Assembly: GCA_016281915.1 (NCBI GenBank) | Contig: JAEEJO010000077.1 | Span: 65,508 to 129,507 of the forward strand | Reading direction: 5' to 3' | DNA: 64,000 nucleotides | Source of the DNA: Clostridiales bacterium | GTDB lineage: Bacteria; Bacillota; Clostridia; Oscillospirales; UBA644 | In this document: positions 9,147 through 17,654 of the stretch, piece by piece | Layout of the letters: the number at the start of each line of letters is the position of its first letter | Numbering within the stretch: position 1 is the first letter of the stretch | The notes under the pieces: generated by a model | What the model saw: the letters and a program-made list of their open reading frames with translations, nothing else | What the model was told of the DNA's origin: nothing | Databases searched by the model: none | Made by a program: the position numbers and the translations under genes

Positions 9147-10514
9147 ATGAAAAAAGCTCTTGTTTTCCTGTTTATTGCAGCCATCGCTTTTTCGTTTGTT
9201 TCATGTGCACAGGGCAAAGAAACAGAGATTTTCGATTACGATTTTAATGCAGAAGCAGAAGAATCGTATGATTTCCACGGTAAAGAACTGGTATTCATCG
9301 GCGAAGAACGCGAAGGAAGAATCGAAGTTAACCCTTATGAACACTATGAAAACTCAGAGTGGACCGAAAGACTCAGACAAAGATACAAGGATATTGAAAA
9401 AAAGTATAATATCAAGTTTGTGTTTAAAAAGAGCCCCGGCGGCCTGGCGGCTACTCACGCGGCCGGACTTCACTGGGCTGATCTTTATGATGCGCGGTCG
9501 GATGCTCACTGGCCGAATATGGATGCAGGTCTTTATAACTCCTTAACTCTTGTTCCCGGATTTGTTGAAGGAATCGAAGAAGGACAATGGGGCCCTGTCC
9601 GCCTAGTTGAATATTTCAAGCGCGGCGATGATTATCAGGCGTTTTATCCCGGCTTTCACGGAATTCCTTTCCCTCAGATGGGCGGCGTTTTTTATGCAAA
9701 TCTGACCGTATTGCATCAGTTCGGTTTTGATCCGTTCGAACTGATTGAAAGCGGTGAATGGACCTGGAATACTTTCAGACACATTCTCGAAACAATTGGC
9801 GGAACGCCTAATGATCCCAACAGCGTTTTCGGAATGTATTACCAGACAAGCTTTCCTGATTATTTCCTCACCACACTCATTCTTAATAACGGCGGATCTC
9901 TTGTCAGACGCGATGAAAATGGCAGATATGTTTGCAATCTCGATTCCAAGGAAGCTGTCGAGGCAATGGAATGGGCACAGACGCTTTACAAGGACGGTGT
10001 CGTTGCGATCCAGAACGACGGGGAGAAATATCCTACGTTTATAGAAAACAGACTTGCCTTTATCTACGAATATACCTATGTCGGAACAGTTGATGCATCC
10101 GACAACGGATTTATGTATAACGATGTTGACTTCGCTATCGTTCCCTGTCCTGCAGGTCCATCTGCAAAATACGGAGAATGGAAGTCATATCTCGGATATG
10201 CAGACAGACTGATTGCTGTTCCTATAACTGCCGATATGGATATTATCGACGCTATTCTGACAGATCTCTATTCTCCGCTTGGCGACGATCCGTTTGAATG
10301 GCGCGAAGTATATGCAAGGCAGAATTTCCTTCATGAAGAAAGCGCTGAATACTATTTCACCATGTATGACAACGCAGAGCCGGACTACTACAGAGCTATG
10401 AATCTGTTCCAGTGGTCAAGCGTTCTGAATGCCCGCAAAGGAATAGCCGAAGCTATAGATGGCTCAAGGGATAATATTCAGGCTGTTCTTGACAGAGATT
10501 TCAATAAAAACTAA
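9147..10514 (+). CDS. extracellular solute-binding lipoprotein (ABC-type sugar-binding family 1 like)
   Basis: 455 aa with lipoprotein signal MKKALVFLFIAAIAFSFVSC. SBP-like blocks are present (WTWNTFRHILE). An AAGGAG RBS is present. Confidence 0.8.
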   Translation: MKKALVFLFIAAIAFSFVSCAQGKETEIFDYDFNAEAEESYDFHGKELVFIGEEREGRIEVNPYEHYENSEWTERLRQRYKDIEKKYNIKFVFKKSPGGLAATHAAGLHWADLYDARSDAHWPNMDAGLYNSLTLVPGFVEGIEEGQWGPVRLVEYFKRGDDYQAFYPGFHGIPFPQMGGVFYANLTVLHQFGFDPFELIESGEWTWNTFRHILETIGGTPNDPNSVFGMYYQTSFPDYFLTTLILNNGGSLVRRDENGRYVCNLDSKEAVEAMEWAQTLYKDGVVAIQNDGEKYPTFIENRLAFIYEYTYVGTVDASDNGFMYNDVDFAIVPCPAGPSAKYGEWKSYLGYADRLIAVPITADMDIIDAILTDLYSPLGDDPFEWREVYARQNFLHEESAEYYFTMYDNAEPDYYRAMNLFQWSSVLNARKGIAEAIDGSRDNIQAVLDRDFNKN

Positions 10515-10559
10515 TATTAACTTCATTACCAATACTTGATACTTAGGAGTAAAAATATC

Positions 10560-10760
10560 ATGGAAATTAAGATTACTAAAGATATGATAATATCAAAGGT
10601 GCTCAGCATAGCTCCAGAAACCGTTGATATTTTCGTCGAACACGGTATGCATTGCGTCAACTGCATGGCAGCTGCCGGAGAAACGATAGAGGAAGCATGC
10701 GAAGTTCACGGTATAGATGCCGATGATCTCGTAGATGCGCTCAATGCTCAGATATCCTGA
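10560..10760 (+). CDS. DUF1858 (hybrid-cluster-protein-associated redox disulfide) domain protein
   Basis: 66 aa from ATG 10560 (AGGAG upstream). CVNC motif, and typical MEIKITKDM...VLSIAPETVDIF N-terminus. Confidence 0.75.
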   Translation: MEIKITKDMIISKVLSIAPETVDIFVEHGMHCVNCMAAAGETIEEACEVHGIDADDLVDALNAQIS

Positions 10761-11437
10761 TGACTCTTTCTCCGAGACTTAAAAAAATAGTTGATTTTAC
10801 GGAAAAGTGCGGGGTTGTTGCCGATATTGGCACCGACCACGCACTCGTTCCCGTTTATCTTGTAGAAAACGGAACCGTAGAAAGGGCTTATGCCTGCGAC
10901 ATACGCACACAGCCCTTGAAAAGAGCGGAAGAGTATATTGCATCACGCAATCTTTCAGATAAAATCACTGCGATTTTGTCTGACGGACTTCAGAATGTTC
11001 CAGATGACGCCGAAACAATCATAATCGCCGGCATGGGCGGGGAAATGATAGTAGATATAATTTCTCATAATATTGTTCACAGCAAAGCGAAATATGTTCT
11101 TCAACCCATGACAGCAATTGATTTGCTGCGTGAATACCTTTATAAAAACGGTTACGTTATCCGTGACGAAGAAATTGTATCGGAACACGATGGCGAAAAA
11201 CTGTATTCTGTTATGAAGGTTGAAAAAGTCGACTTTTTAATGCCTTACTCTGAGCTTGACGTCCTTTTGTCACCTGTGCTCAGAAATAAAAATACAGCTG
11301 AAAAACGGCTTTATATAAAAAAACTGATAAAGATCAGAACAGACATTCTGGAAAACATGAAAAAATCACCAAACATCAATGAAGATTATAAAAAAAGGCT
11401 TCTATCCGAAATTAGCCTTTTGAAAGGGTGTATATAA
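10760..11437 (+). CDS. trmK: tRNA (adenine22-N1)-methyltransferase
   Basis: 225 aa with LSPRLKKIVDF...ADIGTDHALVPVYL and IIIAGMGGEMI. The start overlaps the DUF1858 stop (TGATG). Confidence 0.85.
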   Translation: MTLSPRLKKIVDFTEKCGVVADIGTDHALVPVYLVENGTVERAYACDIRTQPLKRAEEYIASRNLSDKITAILSDGLQNVPDDAETIIIAGMGGEMIVDIISHNIVHSKAKYVLQPMTAIDLLREYLYKNGYVIRDEEIVSEHDGEKLYSVMKVEKVDFLMPYSELDVLLSPVLRNKNTAEKRLYIKKLIKIRTDILENMKKSPNINEDYKKRLLSEISLLKGCI

Positions 11438-12201
11438 TGACGGAAAACACAGTAAGAGTAATAGATATTTATAATTATATCGATTCATTCGCACCGTTTT
11501 CATCGGCTATGGACTTTGATAACGTCGGTATACTTGTCGGAAATAAAGAAAAAGCAGTAAATAAGGTCCTTACCTGCCTTGACATCACTCCGTCAGCCAT
11601 AGAATCGGCTCTTACTGTCGGCGCGCAGCTCATAGTGTCTCATCACCCCGTAATTTTTGACCCGATAAATTCTGTATCTGCAAATTCGGCAGTATACAAG
11701 CTCTGCAGAGAAGGAATAGATGCAATTTGCGCCCACACTAATCTCGATGCGGCAGCAGGGGGGGTAAACGACGTTTTATGCAATATAATAGGCTTGCAAA
11801 ATATCGAGATATGGGAACCCGAAAAGATCGGAAGAATAGGGTATACAGAGTCTGATTTAAACGCCTTTGCAAAAACGGTCTCCGATAAGCTTGGAATAAA
11901 AGCGGTAAACGTTGTTGACAGCGGAAATCCCGTCAGAAAGGTCGCCGTAATGGGGGGATCAGGCGGTGGGGATATAAACAATGCGATTTTAGCAGGAGCA
12001 GATACGCTGCTGACAGGGGAAATGAAACATTCACGGTATATCGAAGCACGGTCAAAAGGGCTGAATGTTGTAACCGCAGGGCATTTTGATACCGAGTTTC
12101 CTGTGATCCCTGTGCTGTCTGAAATGCTGAAAAACAGATTCCCTTCATTGGAAATCACCGTATTCAGAGAACCCTCATATACTGTATGCATCCGATCTTG
12201 A
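11437..12201 (+). CDS. Nif3-like dinuclear metal centre protein (YqfO family)
   Basis: ATG 11437 overlaps the trmK stop (TAATG) with AAGGG upstream. Motifs LIVSHHPVIF and AGHFDTE are present. The trmK-nif3 pairing is conserved in Firmicutes. Confidence 0.9.
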   Translation: MTENTVRVIDIYNYIDSFAPFSSAMDFDNVGILVGNKEKAVNKVLTCLDITPSAIESALTVGAQLIVSHHPVIFDPINSVSANSAVYKLCREGIDAICAHTNLDAAAGGVNDVLCNIIGLQNIEIWEPEKIGRIGYTESDLNAFAKTVSDKLGIKAVNVVDSGNPVRKVAVMGGSGGGDINNAILAGADTLLTGEMKHSRYIEARSKGLNVVTAGHFDTEFPVIPVLSEMLKNRFPSLEITVFREPSYTVCIRS

Positions 12202-12384
12202 TGCCTTGAAATTCCCGGAAGGGAATCAGCTTTACATGCCGTTTTGTCGACTGGTGTATGCCTTTACGGGACACGGTGTCACCTCGAATTATCACATTGT
12301 TATCACGATTAGTGTGTGATTTTTATGTGACGTAAAGTTGTCTTTATTTTAAATAACCGCTTAGTTGTGGCAAAATTTTATATC

Positions 12385-12413
12385 TTGACAAACACGTTAA
12401 AGTATGATATAAT
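12385..12413 (+). promoter_or_regulatory. sigma-A type promoter for the 3D/G5 gene
   Basis: TTGACA (12385-12390), 17-nt spacer, TATAAT (12408-12413), preceded by TGa (extended -10). Confidence 0.6.
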
Positions 12414-12524
12414 AGCAACACGCCTCGGAAAGTATGTTTGCTTTACATATATTTTTATCACAGGTTGATATTTCAGCTTTTCATTTTTATGTCTGTTGAA
12501 TCAATATGAAAGGGTGGTGAGGGT

Positions 12525-13529
12525 ATGTCTTTCTTTAGCAAGATGAATAAAAAGGACAAAAAGATTTTTAACCATGTCCTTGTTGTCGCTATGTTCATTT
12601 GCGTAACCATCGCATCCTTTTTTATTTACGATATCGTTCTTGATGCAAAAACAGCGGATGAAAAAGCAGAAGATTCCCCCGAATCCGTTCCCGATATCAT
12701 TATTGACGTTACCGAACCTGTATACAGAGAACCTGAAAAAATCGTTGTAAGTGATAAGATAGTTTATCTTGCTCATCTTACTGCAGACAGAAAAGATTAT
12801 ACTTTTCCGTTTCTTGTCGAAGATAACGCAACTGTCGCCGATCTTCTTGAACGTGCCGGCGTTACTGTTTCCAAAGATGATTATATCAATAAGGGCTATA
12901 CTCCCGAAACGCCTCTTTTTGAGGATATTTATGTTGAAATAGGCAGAGTAGAGTATAAAGAAGTCGTTGAAAAAGTATCTATTCCATTCAAAACCATCGA
13001 AATGCCTATGATTTATTCTATCTGGGCAGGGAAAAAGGTCAAAGATAATGAGAAGGGCGAAAACGGCGTAAAGGAAATCACGTACAGGATCAAATATGTC
13101 GACGGCGTTGAAGTAAGCTCTTCAAAAATCAGTGAAAAAGTTACCAAAAAACCCGTTACAGCAAAAGTTTATGTAGACAGAACAGATCTTCTCGATCTTC
13201 GCAACGGGCCGCCGTCAGAGTATATAACGGTCGTTGATGTTAATGTCACCGCATACACCGGTGTTGAAGAAGGCGGACTTATCACCGCAACAGGCGATCC
13301 GACACAGGTCGGCTACGTTGCTGTCGACTCCACAGTTATTCCTCTTTACTCAAAACTGTATATCGTTCTTAATAACGGTTTTGTATACGGTTATTGCACT
13401 GCAATGGACGTCGGTGGAGGTATCAAAGGTAACGATATCGATATTTTCCTCCCGGACTATGACGATATGATGAATTTCGGCAGAAAAGCGGGTAAGTGTT
13501 ATATCATATCATACGGTAAAGGTAATTAA
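12525..13529 (+). CDS. DUF348/G5/3D-domain cell-wall protein (YabE/RpfB-like)
   Basis: 334 aa with an N-terminal TM helix. G5-like EKGENGVKEITYRIKYVDGVEV is present, plus the 3D domain VNVTAYTG...TATGDPTQVGYVAVD...DVGGGIKGNDIDIF. Confidence 0.85.
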   Translation: MSFFSKMNKKDKKIFNHVLVVAMFICVTIASFFIYDIVLDAKTADEKAEDSPESVPDIIIDVTEPVYREPEKIVVSDKIVYLAHLTADRKDYTFPFLVEDNATVADLLERAGVTVSKDDYINKGYTPETPLFEDIYVEIGRVEYKEVVEKVSIPFKTIEMPMIYSIWAGKKVKDNEKGENGVKEITYRIKYVDGVEVSSSKISEKVTKKPVTAKVYVDRTDLLDLRNGPPSEYITVVDVNVTAYTGVEEGGLITATGDPTQVGYVAVDSTVIPLYSKLYIVLNNGFVYGYCTAMDVGGGIKGNDIDIFLPDYDDMMNFGRKAGKCYIISYGKGN

Positions 13530-13534
13530 TTCTG

Positions 13535-13569
13535 CGGGAAAGAGAAAATTCTCTTTCCCGTAATTTATT
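13535..13569 (+). terminator. rho-independent terminator
   Basis: 10-bp GC-containing stem CGGGAAAGAG/CTCTTTCCCG followed by TAATTTATT. Confidence 0.6.
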
Positions 13570-13584
13570 GATCATGGTGATAAA

Positions 13585-14988
13585 ATGAAAAATATTCTTC
13601 TTATCGTTTGCGACGAAATGCGTGGCGACTGTCTCGGTATAGCAGGTCATCCTGATGTAAAAACACCTTATCTTGATTCTCTCGCTCTTGACGGACTCCG
13701 TTTTGACAATGCATACAGCGCCTGCCCGTCCTGTATTCCCGCCAGAGCAGCGCTTATGACGGGTATGTCTCAGGAACACACCGGCAGAGTAGGTTATCAG
13801 GACGGGATCAGGTGGGATTATAAGCATACTTTAGCAGCGGAAATGACAAAGGCAGGATATCAGACCCAATGTGTCGGTAAAATGCACGTTCATCCTCTTC
13901 GCAATTACCTGGGCTTTCAGAACGTTTTACTTCATGACGGATATCTTCATTACTATCGAAACAGCGAAAGACCTTACTATGAAAACCAGAAGGTCGCAGA
14001 CGACTATCTCTGGTGGCTGAAACATGAGCTTGGTCCCGATGCTGATATTACCGACACCGGTATAGACTGTAATTCATGGCTTGCCCGTCCGTGGCCGTAT
14101 GACGAAAAATATCATCCCACCAACTGGGTCACATCAGAATGTATCGATTTTCTTCGCAGAAGAGACAGAGACCGTCCGTTTTTTCTGATGGCTTCATACG
14201 TTAGACCTCATGCACCGTTTGACGCCCCAGAACCCTTCTTCAGAATGTATGAAAATATGAAGCTTCGTCCTCCCGTCATAGGCGACTGGTCTGCTGAGAT
14301 GGGAGAAAACAGCAGGTACCTTTCTTCGTCAGAGGGCTGTTTTGACGATGAGATGCGAAGAAGAGCCATGATCGGATATTACGCCTGCATCTCGCACCTC
14401 GACAATCAGATCGGTAAACTTCTTGACGGACTGTTTTTTGAGAATCTTGCCGCCAATACTCTGATCATATTCGTTTCCGATCACGGCGAGCTTCTTTTTG
14501 ATCATAATATGTACAGAAAAAGCAGACCATATAAAGGCTCGTCAAACATCCCGCTTATTATATCGGGTGCAGGTCTGCAAAAGAGGGGAGTATGCCACTC
14601 TGTTGCGGAACTGCGTGACGTTATGCCAACAGTTCTTGCCGTGGCAGGAGCGGATATTCCGGATACGGTAGACGGTAAGAACCTTCTCTCGGACGGCTTT
14701 GAACGTGAATATCTTCACGGAGAGCACAGCGGAGGAAGCATAGGCAATCAGTTCATTGTTACCGAACGGGATAAATTCATCTGGTTTATGCAGTCAGGCA
14801 AAGAGCAGTATTTTAACCTTGAGTCCGATCCGCACGAACTGCATAATGCAATAAACGATAAGGAATACTCTGACAGAATAGCTTATCTTCGTTCCTGTCT
14901 TATAAACGAACTTAAAGGCAGACCTGAAGGATATACCGACGGTGAAAAGCTTATTCCCGGCCGTCCGCAGAGAACCTGCCTGTTTTAA
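13585..14988 (+). CDS. Cys-type sulfatase (arylsulfatase family), cytoplasmic
   Basis: 467 aa. The N-terminus goes straight into the metal-binding block LLIVCDEMRGD. The formylglycine signature is C-I-P-A-R-AALMTG (Cys50). VSDHGE is also present. Confidence 0.9.
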   Translation: MKNILLIVCDEMRGDCLGIAGHPDVKTPYLDSLALDGLRFDNAYSACPSCIPARAALMTGMSQEHTGRVGYQDGIRWDYKHTLAAEMTKAGYQTQCVGKMHVHPLRNYLGFQNVLLHDGYLHYYRNSERPYYENQKVADDYLWWLKHELGPDADITDTGIDCNSWLARPWPYDEKYHPTNWVTSECIDFLRRRDRDRPFFLMASYVRPHAPFDAPEPFFRMYENMKLRPPVIGDWSAEMGENSRYLSSSEGCFDDEMRRRAMIGYYACISHLDNQIGKLLDGLFFENLAANTLIIFVSDHGELLFDHNMYRKSRPYKGSSNIPLIISGAGLQKRGVCHSVAELRDVMPTVLAVAGADIPDTVDGKNLLSDGFEREYLHGEHSGGSIGNQFIVTERDKFIWFMQSGKEQYFNLESDPHELHNAINDKEYSDRIAYLRSCLINELKGRPEGYTDGEKLIPGRPQRTCLF

Positions 14989-15003
14989 TTTCTGATAATA
15001 AAA

Positions 15004-15036
15004 AAGATGACCGTTTTTCAGGTCATCTTTTTGTCT
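15004..15036. terminator. bidirectional terminator between convergent sulfatase and kdgK genes
   Basis: AAGATGACC (15004-15012) pairs with GGTCATCTT (15021-15029). An A-run lies on one side and a T-run on the other. Confidence 0.65.
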
Positions 15037-15046
15037 TTTTCTCTTG

Positions 15047-16066
15047 TTATCTTTGCACTCTTCCGCTGCCGTCGCCTTTCATGAGCTTCAATACCTCTGA
15101 AACAGAAACCTCATTGAAGTCACCTTCGATCGAATGCTTCAGACAGGATGCTGCCACCGCGAATTCTATAATATCCTGATCGCTGTATTTTTCGGATATC
15201 GCGTAAATAAGACCTCCGCCAAAAGAGTCTCCTCCTCCGACACGGTCAACTATATGTATCGCATACTCTTTTGAGAAGTAATAGTTTCCGTCTTTATAAA
15301 GCATTCCGGACCAGAGGTTGTCCGACGCTGATATGCTTTTCCTTAAAGTGATTGCGACGACCGGAATACCGAATTTTTCATTCAGCGCTTTCGCAACATA
15401 TTTGTAACCTTCATTTGATAATGCTCCCGAAGAGACGTCTGAATTCGGGGCGGATATACCAAACACCTTTTCGCTGTCCTCTTCATTTGCAATAAGAACG
15501 TCTACATACGGCATGAGCTTGCTCATCGTTTCACATGCTTCTTTTGTTGTCCATAATTTCGAGCGGTAATTCAGATCACAGCTGACCTTTATTCCTTTGC
15601 TTTTTGCCGTCTGGCAGGCATCAAGGCATATCTCGGCAACGTTTTTGCCGAGGGCAGGGGTAATACCAGTAAAATGGAACCACTCTGCTCCGTCCAATAT
15701 TCTGTTCCAGTTGAAATCTTCCGTAGTCGCTTCAGATATCGAGGAATGTTTTCTGTCGTATATTACGGTCGACGGTCTTTGAGATGCGCCTTTCTCAACA
15801 AAATAAAGTCCGAGCCTGTCACCTCCGAAAACGATGTCGTCTGTGTTGACGTTGTGTGCCTGTAGCGATCTGATCGCTGCCTGCGTAATAAGGTTGTCCG
15901 GCATTTTCGTTACATAATGTGCGTCTTTGCCGTAGTTTGCAAGCGATACTGCCACGTTGGCTTCACCGCCGCCGTACGTTATTTCAAAGTTATCGGTCTG
16001 AACGATCCTCTTATATCCAACAGGGTTTATTCTACCCATTATTTCTCCGAAGCAAATAAATTTCAT
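15047..16066 (-). CDS. kdgK: 2-dehydro-3-deoxygluconokinase (PfkB family)
   Basis: 339 aa with GGGEANVAVSLA near the N-terminus and the PfkB ATP motif DRVGGGDSFGGGLIY. Confidence 0.85.
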   Translation of the reverse strand: MKFICFGEIMGRINPVGYKRIVQTDNFEITYGGGEANVAVSLANYGKDAHYVTKMPDNLITQAAIRSLQAHNVNTDDIVFGGDRLGLYFVEKGASQRPSTVIYDRKHSSISEATTEDFNWNRILDGAEWFHFTGITPALGKNVAEICLDACQTAKSKGIKVSCDLNYRSKLWTTKEACETMSKLMPYVDVLIANEEDSEKVFGISAPNSDVSSGALSNEGYKYVAKALNEKFGIPVVAITLRKSISASDNLWSGMLYKDGNYYFSKEYAIHIVDRVGGGDSFGGGLIYAISEKYSDQDIIEFAVAASCLKHSIEGDFNEVSVSEVLKLMKGDGSGRVQR

Positions 16067-16083
16067 ACCTGTTCCTTTCTATT

Positions 16084-16118
16084 AAAAAAGCAGTGATTTG
16101 TAATAATCAAACCACTGC
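16084..16118 (-). terminator. rho-independent terminator immediately after tRNA-Val
   Basis: The minus-strand RNA folds as GCAGUGGUUUG-AUUAUUA-CAAAUCACUGC (11 bp, one G-U) followed by UUUUUU. Confidence 0.7.
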
Positions 16119-16126
16119 TGTAATGA

Positions 16127-16202
16127 TGGTGGACGGTAAGGAACTCGAATCCCTGACCCTTCGCACGTCAAGCGAATGCTCTACCAGCTGAGCTAACCGT
16201 CC
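16127..16202 (-). tRNA. tRNA-Val (anticodon GAC), CCA encoded
   Basis: The 76-nt cloverleaf folds by hand: acceptor GGACGGT/ACCGTCC, D arm GCTC/GAGC, anticodon arm TTCGC-TTGACGT-GCGAA, T arm AGGGA-TTCGAGT-TCCTT, 3' ACCA. Confidence 0.95.
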
Positions 16203-16231
16203 GTGTAGCCGTCTTTCATCACGGCTTTATT

Positions 16232-16260
16232 ATTATACATTATTTATCAAATCTTGTCAA
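16232..16260 (-). promoter_or_regulatory. consensus sigma-A promoter driving tRNA-Val
   Basis: On the minus strand: TTGACA (16260-16255), 17 nt, TATAAT (16237-16232). It lies about 30 nt upstream of the tRNA 5' end. Confidence 0.65.
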
Positions 16261-16291
16261 GTCACCTAACTGTTAATTTATTGTGACAGTA

Positions 16292-16815
16292 TCAGTATCC
16301 ATCAGGCAAACTGAAGCCAGATATCTTCCATAAGCCATCCTCGAATGAGAAGCTGACAGTGCAGTAAGCACCTTCCTCGGGCGATTCCATAATAGTTAAT
16401 GCGACTTTTACTGTCGTATCGTCTATGTATTCCCGGTCGTCTGTATTGATGCCATAGTATCCGTAGCCGCGCGCTTCTCTTATCAGTCAAAGATTTCCGT
16501 CAGACTCGGTAAAACCATTCTCGACATCATTTTCGTCATAACCTGTCTAAGTAATATACCTTGCCAGATATTCTTTTACCTCATCCTTAGTCTTGAAATT
16601 CGTTACAAGATAATAAACATTCATGTCATCCGATGAGTATTCCTTGCCGGGACCGAATTCGCACACGGCGCCAAAGGTTTCATCCAATACCGCTGTATAC
16701 ACATTTAGCAGCGTTTCGACATCGTTTCGCCTATTCTTGATTGATTTTCTGCGTTTGAACAACTGCAGATCAAAAGGATAAACAGGCTTAATAACAACAA
16801 TAATGATTTCTTCAT
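16292..16815 (-). pseudogene. decayed lipoprotein gene (IseA/YoeB-like fold suspected): one frameshift plus two in-frame stops
   Basis: ATG 16815 opens MKKSLLLLLSLFILLICSCSNAENQ (a lipoprotein signal), which runs into a stop. The body continues in another frame (NDVETLLNVYTAVLDETFG...TKDEVKEYLARYIT), hits TAG at 16547-16549, continues in frame (TGYDENDVENGFTESDGNL), hits TGA at 16487-16489, then reads LIREARGYGYYGINTDD...GLWKISGFSLPDGY to TGA at 16292. Confidence 0.6.
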
Positions 16816-16829
16816 ATGAATCTTTCCAT

Positions 16830-17654
16830 TTAGCTTATTTTGTCTGTTTTGACCCGCTCAAGCAGTTTTTCAGCGTTTTTGAAAAGAATCTTTTCCGTGA
16901 TCTCCTGGCTGAATCCCAGCTGTTCTATATATTTCAGTTCATCCGAGGCATACCACATCGGAAAATCGGAGCCGAATAAAAATCTGTCTTCACCGTGACG
17001 TTTTATCATCTCTCTTGCTTTTTCTATAGGCAGCGCAAAAAACGATGATGATGTATCAAAATAATGGCGTGTGGCAAGATATTCATCGTCGATCTTGTCC
17101 CATTCGCTGTATGCTCCGAAATGCGATGCTATAACTATAAGTTCAGGAAACAGCTTTGAAAGTTTAACAAATTTATCCGGATTGGAAAATTTATACCTTT
17201 TGTCTCCGGCATGAAACATTATCGGTATTCTGTCGGCCTGTGCTTTTTCATATACGGGGAATATTCTCGGATCGTCGATCGCGAACTTTTGAAAATCGTT
17301 GTGGAATTTAATGCCGGTAACTCCGTTCTTTCTGATCCTGTCTATTTCTGCAATAGGGTCTTCCGTCTCAATATGGATTGTCCCGAATGCGGTAAATTTA
17401 TCCTTGCTGTCCTTTATTGTTTCGATAAGAAAATCATTTATTGCCTGAACCTGGTTTTTAGTAGTCGCGGTTGAAAGAAGAAAACAGTGTCTTACGCCTG
17501 CTTTTTTCATCTCTTCCTCAAGTTTTTCTTTCAGTCCTACTGATGCCATTGCAAGACCGTAAAAATTACCGATCGATGCGGTCGCTTTTTCCGCTATTTT
17601 CTCAGGAAAGATATGCGTATGTGCGTCAATTATTTTTCCGAAATATCTGTTCAT
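16830..17654 (-). CDS. amidohydrolase-2 family metal-dependent hydrolase (TIM barrel), cytoplasmic
   Basis: 274 aa with IDAHTHIFP at the N-terminus, HAGD and FGSDFP. The start overlaps the upstream gene by 4 nt. Confidence 0.85.
   Translation of the reverse strand: MNRYFGKIIDAHTHIFPEKIAEKATASIGNFYGLAMASVGLKEKLEEEMKKAGVRHCFLLSTATTKNQVQAINDFLIETIKDSKDKFTAFGTIHIETEDPIAEIDRIRKNGVTGIKFHNDFQKFAIDDPRIFPVYEKAQADRIPIMFHAGDKRYKFSNPDKFVKLSKLFPELIVIASHFGAYSEWDKIDDEYLATRHYFDTSSSFFALPIEKAREMIKRHGEDRFLFGSDFPMWYASDELKYIEQLGFSQEITEKILFKNAEKLLERVKTDKIS

Noticed and set aside
12289-12320. TTATCAC repeats as DnaA boxes or a replication origin
   Set aside because: They differ from the 9-mer TTATCCACA consensus. 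Only two or three copies are present, and there is no AT-rich unwinding element and no dnaA or dnaN context.
12414-12524. Possible c-di-AMP (ydaO-type) riboswitch in the leader of the 3D/G5 cell-wall gene
   Set aside because: Such genes often carry this riboswitch. This leader is only about 100 nt and AT-rich. It lacks the conserved GGGGA/ACCC-type pseudo-symmetric cores I looked for. A covariance-model scan would settle it.
16127-16300. tRNA-Val, and tRNA-Pro/Thr at 27820-27983, as possible integration sites of a genomic island
   Set aside because: There is no integrase, recombinase or phage gene, and no duplicated tRNA 3'-end fragment that I could see nearby. The flanks are ordinary metabolic genes.
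16302-16490. Listed 62-aa ORF (and 16547-16762) as independent small genes
   Set aside because: ORF 16302-16490 is out of frame with the protein-like reading. ORF 16547-16762 is an internal fragment of the disrupted lipoprotein gene.
16487-16549. In-frame TAG and TGA as programmed recoding (pyrrolysine or selenocysteine)
   Set aside because: The same gene also needs a frameshift near its 5' end. Two different stop codons are involved, and I see no SECIS-like hairpin after the TGA. Decay is the simpler explanation.
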